This document shows, piece by piece, positions 9,766-19,318 of a stretch of 59,628 nucleotides of DNA (its first letter is position 1; each line of letters starts with the position of its first letter). Below the pieces are notes generated by a model, which was not told the origin of the DNA, made no database searches, and saw only the letters and a program-made list of their open reading frames with translations. The stretch spans positions 1 through 59,628 of the forward strand of contig JAMONO010000175.1 in assembly GCA_027065715.1 (NCBI GenBank), read 5' to 3'. Position numbers and translations under genes: made by a program. This stretch comes from Flavobacteriales bacterium. Lineage in GTDB: Bacteria > Bacteroidota > Bacteroidia > Flavobacteriales > Flavobacteriaceae.

Positions 9766-11634
9766 TTAGCGTTGCACCACCAATACCGGAATGTTAATAC
9801 TGTGTCGCACGGCATTAATGGTTGTACCGAAAATCAAATCTTTGAGCCACTTATGTCCGTGCGAACCCAACACCAAAACATCGGCATTAAAAACAGTCGC
9901 TATTTGCGGTATGGCTATTTTCGGATTTCCAAAACCTATTTGTGTGCTTACATCATAACCCAAGTCTCTGATACGAGCAGCATATCGTTTCAAAACTTCT
10001 TGGTCTTGAAGAGTTTCGTAATCGTTGGTATCTTGTCCGAAATAAATTGCCGGTGCACTTTCAACAACATGTATCAACAAATAACGGGTACCCGTTTTAC
10101 CCAGTGCCAAGGCATGATTTAGTATTTCGTGATCGATATTTGAAAAATCAACAGCTATGGCAATACGTTTATACTCCGGATACTTAAAATTAGGCGACAA
10201 ATCTTTGCGTTCATGGGTATCCAAAGGTCTTATATTTGATTTATTAAGCAACGGAACCAAAGTGATGTATAACAACAAGATAAAAATCATAAACAAAAAC
10301 AAAAATAACAGAAACATCATGGGCGGTTTGATTGCTCCGGTTTTAATCCATGTGCTTATTTCGTCCGTAACCAACCATACATTGAGACTGATAATAACGC
10401 CTGCTATCAACCAAGCCGACAACTTGGTTTTGAAACCAATGACAAAATGCCCCATATAGTTTTGGTTACCGACAAAATGTATCAAGGGAATAACTGCAAA
10501 ACCCAATTGCAAACTCAATATAACCTGACTGAAAATCAACATTTTTCCGGTATAACTTTCGCCCATAAACCAAATAACGACGATAGCGGGCACAATAGCC
10601 AACAAGCGAGTAATCATACGACGTATCCATGGTTGAATACGCAAATTGATAAAACCTTCCATGATAATTTGGCCTGCCAAAGTGCCGGTTATGGTGCTGC
10701 TTTGTCCGGCTGCAATCAAAGCTACGGCAAACAATACGGGCGCCCGGTGCGAACCCAACAAAGGTTCAAGCAATTTATAAGCATCTTGAATTTCGGCTAC
10801 TTGATACAAACCGGCTTTGTAAAAAGTTGCCGCTGCTAAAATCAAAATAGCGGCATTGACAAAAAAAGCTAAATTAAGCGCTACCAAACTATCTATTAAA
10901 TTAAATTTCAATGCCTGTTTAATACTCTTAAAACCGGAACTGAACTTACGGGTTTGCACCAATGACGAGTGCAAATACAAATTATGAGGCATAACCGTAG
11001 CACCTATTATTCCCAAAGCAATATACAAAGCATCTTTATCGGGAATGGAAGGAATAAAACCTCGCAAAATATCACCTGCATGAGGCTTTGCCAAAAACAT
11101 TTCAATCAAAAAAGAAAGACCAATTACAAAAACCAGAGCCAAAATAAAAGCTTCCATTTTGCGCATACCTTTGTTGATGAGAAACAACAAGATAAAAGTA
11201 TCTAAAAAAGTAATCAAGATACCCCAAATCAACGGTATGTCAAACAACAAATTTATACCTATTGCCATTCCGATAACCTCAGCCAAATCGGTTGCAATAA
11301 TGGCTATCTCAGCCAAAAAATACAAAGCGTAATTGACCAAAGGCGGATAATTTTCGCGACATGCCTGTGCCAAATCGCGTCCACGCACAATACCCAAACG
11401 AGCAGCCAAACTTTGCAACAGAACCGCCATAATGTTTGACATCAACAAAACCCAAAGCAAAGCGTATCCAAAACGACTGCCACCGGCTAAATCCGTAGCC
11501 CAATTGCCCGGATCCATATAACCTACACTTATCAAATATGCCGGACCCATAAAAGCCAAAAGTTTTTTAAAAAAGCCTTTTTTTCGGGTCGTATCAACAC
11601 TGGCATGAACCTCTTCTAAGGATTTGTTTGTCAT
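9766..11634 (-). CDS. mntH: Nramp-family divalent metal (Mn2+/Fe2+) transporter fused to a C-terminal universal stress protein domain
   Basis: Nramp signature GYMDPGNWATDLAGGS and about 11 TM segments, then a C-terminal USP-like domain (RIAIAVDFS...YLLIHVVES...DVLVLGSHGHKWLKDLIFGTT). Confidence 0.85.
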   Translation of the reverse strand: MTNKSLEEVHASVDTTRKKGFFKKLLAFMGPAYLISVGYMDPGNWATDLAGGSRFGYALLWVLLMSNIMAVLLQSLAARLGIVRGRDLAQACRENYPPLVNYALYFLAEIAIIATDLAEVIGMAIGINLLFDIPLIWGILITFLDTFILLFLINKGMRKMEAFILALVFVIGLSFLIEMFLAKPHAGDILRGFIPSIPDKDALYIALGIIGATVMPHNLYLHSSLVQTRKFSSGFKSIKQALKFNLIDSLVALNLAFFVNAAILILAAATFYKAGLYQVAEIQDAYKLLEPLLGSHRAPVLFAVALIAAGQSSTITGTLAGQIIMEGFINLRIQPWIRRMITRLLAIVPAIVVIWFMGESYTGKMLIFSQVILSLQLGFAVIPLIHFVGNQNYMGHFVIGFKTKLSAWLIAGVIISLNVWLVTDEISTWIKTGAIKPPMMFLLFLFLFMIFILLLYITLVPLLNKSNIRPLDTHERKDLSPNFKYPEYKRIAIAVDFSNIDHEILNHALALGKTGTRYLLIHVVESAPAIYFGQDTNDYETLQDQEVLKRYAARIRDLGYDVSTQIGFGNPKIAIPQIATVFNADVLVLGSHGHKWLKDLIFGTTINAVRHSINIPVLVVQR

Positions 11635-11759
11635 ACAATTGTTTTATACACAAAGATATAACATAAGCGTATATCAAATCAATAAAAAACATTTATTATT
11701 ATTTATACAACCATAAACTTTTACAATCAACAAAAATACTTTTGCTTGACCTATTAACC

Positions 11760-11767
11760 TATTTTTG
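11760..11767 (+). promoter_or_regulatory. Candidate -7 promoter box for tpx
   Basis: TATTTTTG lies 33 nt upstream of the tpx ATG, with TTTG at 11741..11744 in roughly the -33 position. Confidence 0.35.
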
Positions 11768-11799
11768 AATATTATTAACCATGAAAAAAATTAAACAAA

Positions 11800-12303
11800 A
11801 TGGCAAAAATAACATTGAAGGGCAATCCGGTAAACACCATTGGAAGTTTACCCGAAAAAGGAACACAAGCTCCCGATTTTAAATTAACCGCAACCGATTT
11901 AAGCGAAAAATCCATTTCCGATTTTAAAGGAGCCAAACTGGTTCTCAATATTTTTCCAAGTTTGGACACCCCTACTTGTGCGGCTTCGGTCAGACGTTTT
12001 AACCAACTGGCAACAGAACTGAACGGCACCAAAGTTTTGGCTGTTTCAAAAGACTTGCCTTTTGCACATTCGCGTTTTTGCAGTAGCGAAGGTATTGAAA
12101 ATGTCATCAATCTGTCCGGTTTTAAGTGCAATGATAATTTCGGCAAAGACTACGGCGTTGAAATCATTGACGGACCCTTGTCCGGATTGTATTCGAGAGC
12201 CGTAGTGGTTATTGACGAAAACGGACAAATAATTTATACCCAACAAGTACCCGAGATTGTAGATGAACCCAACTACGATGAAGTTTTACAGCTATTAAAA
12301 TAA
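11800..12303 (+). CDS. tpx: Thiol peroxidase (atypical 2-Cys peroxiredoxin)
   Basis: At 167 aa it has typical Tpx length and motifs: FPSLDTPTCA (peroxidatic Cys) and DLPFAHSRFC (resolving Cys). Confidence 0.92.
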   Translation: MAKITLKGNPVNTIGSLPEKGTQAPDFKLTATDLSEKSISDFKGAKLVLNIFPSLDTPTCAASVRRFNQLATELNGTKVLAVSKDLPFAHSRFCSSEGIENVINLSGFKCNDNFGKDYGVEIIDGPLSGLYSRAVVVIDENGQIIYTQQVPEIVDEPNYDEVLQLLK

Positions 12304-12327
12304 AGTTGAAAATTTTCGGGTTTTGAC

Positions 12328-12422
12328 GAGACTGTCTCAAAAAATAAATAGCTTGTAGTTATTAACTTAACAAGTTGGTTCTTAATAAATTATTTAAAAG
12401 ACACTTTTGAGACAGTCTTTTT
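12328..12422. terminator. Terminator region between convergent genes, built from a 14-nt inverted repeat
   Basis: agactgtctcaaaa (12329..12342) pairs with ttttgagacagtct (12405..12418). Each arm also contains a local GAGAC/GTCTC hairpin, and a T-run follows the second arm. Confidence 0.45.
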
Positions 12423-13077
12423 ATGCCTGTATTTTTATCTTGAAAAATCGTTGCTTAATACGATACAAAATATAAGCTGCCGCAAACAATTGCGAATAAA
12501 CCACCACACGTTGCATAATAACCCTTATCTTTAAATACAACTCCGCCTCACTACTCGAAGGAATAACGGAACGCAACAATAAATACAATATAAGCAACCC
12601 GTTTAAAAACATCAACGTGTAATAAATATGCGGATAATCTTCCTTGTCAATCATAAAATTCAAACTGATACCGGCAGCCAAAAAAGCTACAAAAGCCGAA
12701 ACACCGAAAAAAATATGATAATTAAAATACAAATCAACCATAAAAATAGCAATACCAATATAGCTGATACCCGAAATTATACCCAATACCACCGGAATTA
12801 TACTTTTTTTAACCAATAATTTGGAAGTAATATAAAAAAACAAAGCAGTGCCGATGCCTACCAACGACAACGATATTGTATAAAAAATCCAAAAAGGGTT
12901 TTTAAAACCGTTAAAATAAACGGCTCGACCCAAATCACTTAAATAATTTTGATTGTAAGTAAAACAAACTTCTTCGGGGTGGTAATAACTGCCGCCTTGA
13001 TACAAATAAATCAAAACATGGGTGATAAAGAAAAATTGCACTAATGTAAAAATGGCAAAATCAATTAAATTTTTCAT
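12421..13077 (-). CDS. Polytopic membrane protein of unknown function
   Basis: A 218-aa ORF with about six hydrophobic segments. I recognise no motif. Confidence 0.55.
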   Translation of the reverse strand: MKNLIDFAIFTLVQFFFITHVLIYLYQGGSYYHPEEVCFTYNQNYLSDLGRAVYFNGFKNPFWIFYTISLSLVGIGTALFFYITSKLLVKKSIIPVVLGIISGISYIGIAIFMVDLYFNYHIFFGVSAFVAFLAAGISLNFMIDKEDYPHIYYTLMFLNGLLILYLLLRSVIPSSSEAELYLKIRVIMQRVVVYSQLFAAAYILYRIKQRFFKIKIQA

Positions 13078-13097
13078 TACTTATTACAAAATAAGAA

Positions 13098-14168
13098 TTA
13101 TTGATTTTGTAAATTTAATAAAAATTCGGCTGCTTCAAAAACAGTAATTTGTCTTTTATTTATTTTTTTTATCATTTTTGGCAAAAATTCAAAATATTTA
13201 GAATTCTTATAAAAATTGTCTAAAATTGTTTGTTTTACAAACTCTTGTAACCAATAAGTGTCTTGTGCCAACCTGTTTTGGACAAAAAAATCGTTTTTTC
13301 GGGTCAATTTTACATAGGTATCTATCTCATTAACAACCTCTTTAATTCCTTTGTTATACAAGGCGCTAGACAACAACACTTTGGGCAGCCAACCGCTTTT
13401 TTTGGGAGGAAAATAATGTAATGCGGTTTGAAAAGCTTTTTGAGCCAATTTTGCAGGTTGCAAATTATCACCTTCGGCTTTATTGATAACAATCAGGTCA
13501 GCCATTTCAATAATACCGCGTTTGATCCCTTGCAGTTCGTCGCCGGCACCGGCTAATTTTAAAAGCAGAAAAAAATCGACCATTTGTGCCACCATGGTTT
13601 CGGACTGCCCTACCCCGACGGTTTCAATCAAAATGCGGTCAAAACCGGCAGCTTCACAAAGCAAAATACTTTCGCGTGTTTTGCGTGCCACACCTCCCAA
13701 CTGATCTCCCGAAGCCGTTGGACGTATATAAGCACGAGGGTCTTTGGACAATTGTTCCATTCGAGTTTTGTCTCCCAAAATACTCCCTTTGGTCAAACTG
13801 CTACTGGGGTCAATGGCTAAAACAGCTACTTTATGACCTTGCGAGGTATAATATTTGCCCAAACTTTCTATAAATGTGCTTTTTCCAACTCCCGGAACAC
13901 CGGTAATACCAATCCTAACCGAATTGCCCGTATGCGGCAACAAAGCTTTTAATATTTTTTGACCCAAATCAAAACGTTTCCTGTTTTGGCTTTCAATCAG
14001 CGTTATAGCTTTGCTCAAATAAATCTTATCGCCCGCCAAAATTCTTTTGACATATTGAGTCGTATCAACCCTTTGTCTTTTTTGTGGCAATATATTACGA
14101 TTGAGACGTTGAATATTTTCAACACCTGCTACTTCCTGTAAAGCCGATTTGTTATCTTTCTTTTTCAT
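13098..14168 (-). CDS. meaB: MeaB/ArgK-type G3E-family GTPase (methylmalonyl-CoA mutase-associated type)
   Basis: P-loop GVPGVGKST, ETVGVGQSE and NKAEGDN (NKxD-like) motifs, with typical ArgK/MeaB length. Confidence 0.85.
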   Translation of the reverse strand: MKKKDNKSALQEVAGVENIQRLNRNILPQKRQRVDTTQYVKRILAGDKIYLSKAITLIESQNRKRFDLGQKILKALLPHTGNSVRIGITGVPGVGKSTFIESLGKYYTSQGHKVAVLAIDPSSSLTKGSILGDKTRMEQLSKDPRAYIRPTASGDQLGGVARKTRESILLCEAAGFDRILIETVGVGQSETMVAQMVDFFLLLKLAGAGDELQGIKRGIIEMADLIVINKAEGDNLQPAKLAQKAFQTALHYFPPKKSGWLPKVLLSSALYNKGIKEVVNEIDTYVKLTRKNDFFVQNRLAQDTYWLQEFVKQTILDNFYKNSKYFEFLPKMIKKINKRQITVFEAAEFLLNLQNQ

Positions 14169-14261
14169 AATCTTTGAAATATAAAATTACAAAAAAAATG
14201 TGCAATTGTAAAATTTCCGCAAATTTTACCGCTTACAATCCGCTTTGCCTCAATATTGACG

Positions 14262-14269
14262 TATCTTTG
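14262..14269 (+). promoter_or_regulatory. Candidate -7 promoter box for gpmI
   Basis: TATCTTTG lies 21 nt upstream of the ATG at 14290 and matches TAnnTTTG. Confidence 0.35.
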
Positions 14270-14289
14270 TAGGATAAAAATAAACGACA

Positions 14290-15804
14290 ATGAACAAAAA
14301 AGTTTTATTGATGATTTTGGACGGTTGGGGTATCACACAAGATCCAAATGTTTCGGCAATTGCCCAAGCCGACACCCCTTTTATGGATACTTTGATACAA
14401 AAATACCCGCATGCCAAACTATTTACTTCGGGCGAAAATGTCGGATTGCCCGACGGACAAATGGGCAACTCCGAAGTAGGGCACATGAATTTGGGTGCCG
14501 GACGAATTGTCTATCAAGATTTGGTTAAGATAAATAAAGCGATACAAAACGGAAGTTTTTTTGAAAATAAAGTGTTGAAAGAAGCTTTTGAATATGCTCG
14601 AAAAAACAACAAAGCCGTGCATTTTTTGGGGCTATTGTCCGACGGTGGTGTGCACTCGCATATCAACCACCTCAAAGCCTTGATTGATATGGCTCAAAAA
14701 CACAAAGTCAAAGCCTACATACACGCCTTTATGGACGGTCGAGACGTCGATCCGCACTCCGGTATCAATTTTATAAAACAAATACAAAATTATATCAAAA
14801 ATAAACCGGTTCAAATAGCTTCGATTATCGGTAGATACTACGCCATGGACAGAGATAACCGTTGGGAAAGAATCAAAAAAGCTTATGATTTATTGGTTAA
14901 AGGCGAAGGTAAACCTGCCACCGACCTTGTAAAGGCAGTTGAACAAAGTTACAACGAAGGCGTTTCGGACGAGTTTATCCTGCCTATAGCTCATGTCGAT
15001 AATAACGGCAAACCCGTAGGAACCATTGATGCAAACGATGTAGTGATATTTTACAACTTCAGAACCGATAGAGGTCGCGAACTTACCAAAGCACTGACAC
15101 AAGAAGATTTTCCCGATTATCAAATGAAAAAACTCCCCTTGTATTTTGTAACCATGACCATATACGACGATAAATTTGAAAACATTAAAGTTGCTTACCC
15201 GAAAGAAGATTTAAAAAATACGCTGGGAGAAATAGTTTCACAACTCGGCAAAAAACAAATTCGGATTGCCGAAACCGAAAAATATCCACATGTAACTTTC
15301 TTTTTTTCGGGCGGTAAAGAAAATGAATTTCGGGGCGAAAAACGAATATTGATACCTTCGCCCAAAGTAGCCACCTACGATTTAAAACCCGAAATGAGTG
15401 CCAATGAAGTAACCGAAGCGCTATTGCCCGAAATTAAAAACGAAACCGCCGACCTCATTGTGCTTAATTATGCCAACGGCGACATGGTTGGACATACCGG
15501 CAATTTTGAAGCCGCCAAAAAAGCCGCCGAAACAGTCGATAAAAATGTGCAAAAGGTAGTTACGGAAGCTTTAAAACACAATTATACCGTAATTATTTTA
15601 GCCGATCACGGTAATGCCGAAAATATGATTAATCCCGATGGAACACCTAATACGGCTCATACCACCAATCCGGTTCCGGTTATTTTGATTGATAATAATT
15701 TAAAACCCAAACTCAAAGACGGTATATTAGCCAATGTGGCACCTACAATTTTGAAAATAATGAATATACAAATACCCGAAAATATGGAAAAACCTCTGTT
15801 TTAA
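14290..15804 (+). CDS. gpmI: 2,3-bisphosphoglycerate-independent phosphoglycerate mutase
   Basis: 504 aa with LMILDGWG, the catalytic-Ser motif GNSEVGHMNLGAGR, and ADHGNAE near the C-terminus. Confidence 0.95.
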   Translation: MNKKVLLMILDGWGITQDPNVSAIAQADTPFMDTLIQKYPHAKLFTSGENVGLPDGQMGNSEVGHMNLGAGRIVYQDLVKINKAIQNGSFFENKVLKEAFEYARKNNKAVHFLGLLSDGGVHSHINHLKALIDMAQKHKVKAYIHAFMDGRDVDPHSGINFIKQIQNYIKNKPVQIASIIGRYYAMDRDNRWERIKKAYDLLVKGEGKPATDLVKAVEQSYNEGVSDEFILPIAHVDNNGKPVGTIDANDVVIFYNFRTDRGRELTKALTQEDFPDYQMKKLPLYFVTMTIYDDKFENIKVAYPKEDLKNTLGEIVSQLGKKQIRIAETEKYPHVTFFFSGGKENEFRGEKRILIPSPKVATYDLKPEMSANEVTEALLPEIKNETADLIVLNYANGDMVGHTGNFEAAKKAAETVDKNVQKVVTEALKHNYTVIILADHGNAENMINPDGTPNTAHTTNPVPVILIDNNLKPKLKDGILANVAPTILKIMNIQIPENMEKPLF

Positions 15805-15825
15805 TACCAATTTGCAAAAGTTCGG

Positions 15826-17130
15826 TTAATGAACAGGAACACCATACAAGTCAAATTCATCAGCCCGTGTGATTTGAACAGAAACAAACTTTCCTATTTC
15901 GATATGGTATTTGGTGGCATCAATCCACACTTCGTTATCTACTTCGGGACTATCGTATTCGGTACGTCCGACATAGTAGTTACCTTCTTTGCGGTCAAAC
16001 AAACATTTAAAAATTTGTCCCGTTTTGTTTTGGTTCTTTTCAAATGAAATTTGACGTTGCAATTCCATAATTTCTTCCACACGTTGTTGTTTTATCTCAT
16101 CGGGAACATTGTCGTTGAGTTTTCCGGCAAATGTATTTTCTTCGTGCGAATATGCAAAAACTCCCAAGCGGTCAAAACGGGTATCGGCAACCCATTGTTT
16201 TAATTCTTGAAATTTTTGGGGTGTTTCGCCGGGGTATCCGACAATCAATGTGGTTCTAATGGCTACATCGGGTATCTGTGCACGTAGTTTTCGTATCAAA
16301 TCTTCTGTTTTTTGACGATTGTGTCCTCTTCGCATAGATTTTAAGATATCGTTATTGATATGCTGTAAAGGAATATCCATATAGTTGCAAATTTTGGGTT
16401 CTTGGGCAATGGTTTTTATTACCTCTTCGGGAAAACCCGTAGGAAAAGCATAATGCAAACGTATCCATTCGATACCCTCTACTTGTACCAAGGCTTTGAG
16501 CAAATCGTTTAACATGCGTTTGCCATACAAATCCAAACCGTAAAAGGTAAGATCTTGGGCTATCAATATCAATTCTTTTACGCCTTTGGCTGCCAGTTTT
16601 TGAGCTTCGAGCACCAAACTTTCGATACTACGCGATTGATGTTTTCCTCGTATCATAGGTATGGCACAAAATGAACAATTTCGGTCACAACCTTCCGAAA
16701 TTTTGAGATAAGCATAATGCGAAGGCGTGGTCAATTTGCGTTCTCCTATCAATTCATGCCGGTAATCGACCTCAAACTCACGCAATAAAGCCACCAAATC
16801 ATGAGTCCCGAAATACTGATCGACTTCGGGAATTTCGACAGGCAATTCTTTTTTATAACGTTCACTCAAACAACCGGTTACATAAACCTTATCAATCTTT
16901 CCGGTTTGTTTGTCGTGTATGGCGGCAAGTATGGTATCGATACTTTCTTGTTTGGCATCGTGAATAAAACCACAGGTATTGATTATAACGATATCACCGC
17001 CATCGTCATTGTGCACTACTTCATAGCCGTTGTATTGCAGTTGTCCCATCAAGTTTTCACTGTCATATACATTTTTGGAACAACCCAAAGTTATAATATT
17101 TATTTTTTTATTCTTGTTGTGTGTTTTCAT
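15826..17130 (-). CDS. rimO: Ribosomal protein S12 methylthiotransferase
   Basis: N-terminal MTTase domain (INIITLGCSKN), the radical-SAM motif CDRNCSFC and a C-terminal TRAM domain. Confidence 0.9.
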   Translation of the reverse strand: MKTHNKNKKINIITLGCSKNVYDSENLMGQLQYNGYEVVHNDDGGDIVIINTCGFIHDAKQESIDTILAAIHDKQTGKIDKVYVTGCLSERYKKELPVEIPEVDQYFGTHDLVALLREFEVDYRHELIGERKLTTPSHYAYLKISEGCDRNCSFCAIPMIRGKHQSRSIESLVLEAQKLAAKGVKELILIAQDLTFYGLDLYGKRMLNDLLKALVQVEGIEWIRLHYAFPTGFPEEVIKTIAQEPKICNYMDIPLQHINNDILKSMRRGHNRQKTEDLIRKLRAQIPDVAIRTTLIVGYPGETPQKFQELKQWVADTRFDRLGVFAYSHEENTFAGKLNDNVPDEIKQQRVEEIMELQRQISFEKNQNKTGQIFKCLFDRKEGNYYVGRTEYDSPEVDNEVWIDATKYHIEIGKFVSVQITRADEFDLYGVPVH

Positions 17131-17175
17131 TTGTTGCTTAATAATGATAAAAATTCATCAAACTTCAATAAAAAA

Positions 17176-18195
17176 TTATTCAATTATTTCAATCCCCTTT
17201 GTTTTGTAAGTTTTGATATTGCCATTATCATCGCTGTAAACCAAAAAAGCTTCCAACTCGGGGTGTTCTTTTAAAAAAATTTTGCTTGCTTTCAGTCCCA
17301 TCACCATACAAGCTGTTGCATAGCCGTCAGCCATTGTGCAATTGTCTGCCACGACAGAAGCACTCAATAAGTGTCTAACCGCCGGATAACCGGTTTGGGG
17401 ATCAATGGTATGCACATATTTCTTTCCTGTTTTGGGGTCGATATAATACTTGCGATAATTTCCTGACGTTGCCATTGCTTTATCGGTTAAAGCGACTTTC
17501 GAAATAAATTTATTGCCTTTTTGACGATTGGGATTATCAATAGCTACCAACCAAGCTCTGTTTTTTTCGATATTTTTGCCCTTAGCCAAAACTTCACCGC
17601 CTATTTCCACCAAAAAATTATTAAATCCTTTGTTTTGAAGCATCTTTCCTACTCTGTCAATGGCATAACCTTTGGCAATTGAATTATAATCGATATAGAC
17701 TTGCGGATATTTTTTTTTCAAAAAACCGTGTTCATCAATATGCAAATAATTGTATCCGACAAATTTTTTAAGTGAATCTACAATAGTCGAATCGGTTTCG
17801 ATACCTTCCAATTTTCCGGAAGGTCCAAAGCCCCACGCATTGACCAAAATACCTATGGTCGGATCATACAAACCTCCGGTTTCCCTGTATATTTTGCGTG
17901 CCGCTTTATAAACATCTTTAAAATGATTGTCAAGTTTTAAAGTTTCACCCCGATTGATTTTTGAAATTAACGAATTTTTTTGATAAGTCGATAATGACTT
18001 ATTCACGACATTAATAACGCTGTCAATATCGCCGGCAAGCAATTTTTGTGAATTTTGTCCCGAAAAAACTTTGATATGATAAGTTGTTCCCAAAGCATTG
18101 CCTTCAAAATAATACGATTGAGAAGGCTCCGGTTTACAAGAAACCAAAAACAGCAAGAACAATAAATACGATGAAGCAAAAAATTTCATATTCAT
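17176..18195 (-). CDS. apbE: FAD:protein FMN transferase (ApbE family) lipoprotein
   Basis: Lipoprotein signal (LLFLLFLVSCK) and ApbE-like core segments (GTTYHIKV, DPTIGILVNAWGFG, IAKGYAIDRV, MATSGNYRKY, ADGYATA). Confidence 0.88.
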   Translation of the reverse strand: MNMKFFASSYLLFLLFLVSCKPEPSQSYYFEGNALGTTYHIKVFSGQNSQKLLAGDIDSVINVVNKSLSTYQKNSLISKINRGETLKLDNHFKDVYKAARKIYRETGGLYDPTIGILVNAWGFGPSGKLEGIETDSTIVDSLKKFVGYNYLHIDEHGFLKKKYPQVYIDYNSIAKGYAIDRVGKMLQNKGFNNFLVEIGGEVLAKGKNIEKNRAWLVAIDNPNRQKGNKFISKVALTDKAMATSGNYRKYYIDPKTGKKYVHTIDPQTGYPAVRHLLSASVVADNCTMADGYATACMVMGLKASKIFLKEHPELEAFLVYSDDNGNIKTYKTKGIEIIE

Positions 18196-18412
18196 ATAAA
18201 TTTCGGTTCACAAATATACGCAATGAAAGGCTGCAAAAAATAAAAATATATCTGAAAAACAAAAAAGAACAAGAAATACGATTTGTTAAATAATTCGGTT
18301 ATTATTACAAACAAACGACACAAAAGCAATAAAAAAAATAAAAATACACAAAATTACATGTGTTATTAAAGAAAAATATGCATATTTGCTATAAATTATA
18401 AAGAAAAATACA

Positions 18413-19249
18413 ATGAAAAATTACAAATTATTAATTTTATTATTCGGTTTTACCCTATTCGTTACATCATGCAAAAAAGAAGAAGAAACAAAAGATGATA
18501 CAGAAGAAACAACTCAACAGCTCAACAAAGGCGAAATAGTAAGTGACCCTGCTCCGTCTCAGTTTACCAAAAAGGTTTTGATTGAAGAATTTACGGGTGA
18601 ATGGTGCGGATATTGTCCCGACGGTGCTGCTCGTATTGCTTCTATCAAACAAAACCATCAAGATTTGGTTTTTGCCATCAGTTATCACGACAGTGATCCT
18701 TTTGAAACACCGGTTACCAATCTGTATGAAGGTTTATTAAATGTTCCTTTCTTTCCCAGTGCTGCCATTGACAGAGTTCCTTATCAAGGAGATTTGTCTT
18801 TTAGTCGCTCTTATTGGGCAAATGTTACCAACGAGCGACTTGCCGTAACAGCTGATATGGGTATTAAACTGGAAACTCATTTAACAGGTAACAATTTAAC
18901 GGTTACCGTCAAATTGGCAGCCAAACAAGACCATAACGATTTGTATTTAACCGTAGCTTTGGTTGAAGATAATGTTCCCGAAAGTTCGCCGGGTGCACAA
19001 AGCGGTGCTGCTGCCGGATACGTACATCAAGATGTTCTCAGAAACATGGTAACCGATAATCGCGGCGATTTGGTAACGCTTGTTGCCAACAAAGTTGTAG
19101 CCATTACGTATGACAATATTAATTTTAATTATCGCGATATAAATAACATTCACGTCATAGCCTTTTTGCACGAAAAAGTCGATACACAAGGCAAAGAAAT
19201 ATACAATGTGCAAGGCGTAAAAGCCGGTGAAACACATGATTTTGACTAA
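18413..19249 (+). CDS. Omp28-related / thioredoxin-fold lipoprotein
   Basis: Lipoprotein signal (FTLFVTSCKK) and an EEFTGEWCGYCPDG motif typical of Omp28-related Bacteroidota proteins. The family call is from memory. Confidence 0.6.
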   Translation: MKNYKLLILLFGFTLFVTSCKKEEETKDDTEETTQQLNKGEIVSDPAPSQFTKKVLIEEFTGEWCGYCPDGAARIASIKQNHQDLVFAISYHDSDPFETPVTNLYEGLLNVPFFPSAAIDRVPYQGDLSFSRSYWANVTNERLAVTADMGIKLETHLTGNNLTVTVKLAAKQDHNDLYLTVALVEDNVPESSPGAQSGAAAGYVHQDVLRNMVTDNRGDLVTLVANKVVAITYDNINFNYRDINNIHVIAFLHEKVDTQGKEIYNVQGVKAGETHDFD

Positions 19250-19268
19250 ATTGTAGTCATTTTTGGAA

Positions 19269-19302
19269 TAAAAAAAGCTGCTCCAAACGAGCAGCTTTTT
19301 TT
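19269..19302. terminator. Bidirectional terminator between convergent 18413..19249 and gltA
   Basis: Stem AGCTGCTC (19276..19283) pairs with GAGCAGCT (19289..19296), flanked by an A-run upstream and a T-run downstream. Confidence 0.75.
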
Positions 19303-19318
19303 ATAGAGAAAATCAAAT

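Noticed and set aside
11775-12146. A 123-aa minus-strand ORF overlapping tpx
   Set aside because: It is antisense to a clearly conserved tpx frame, with no recognisable features.
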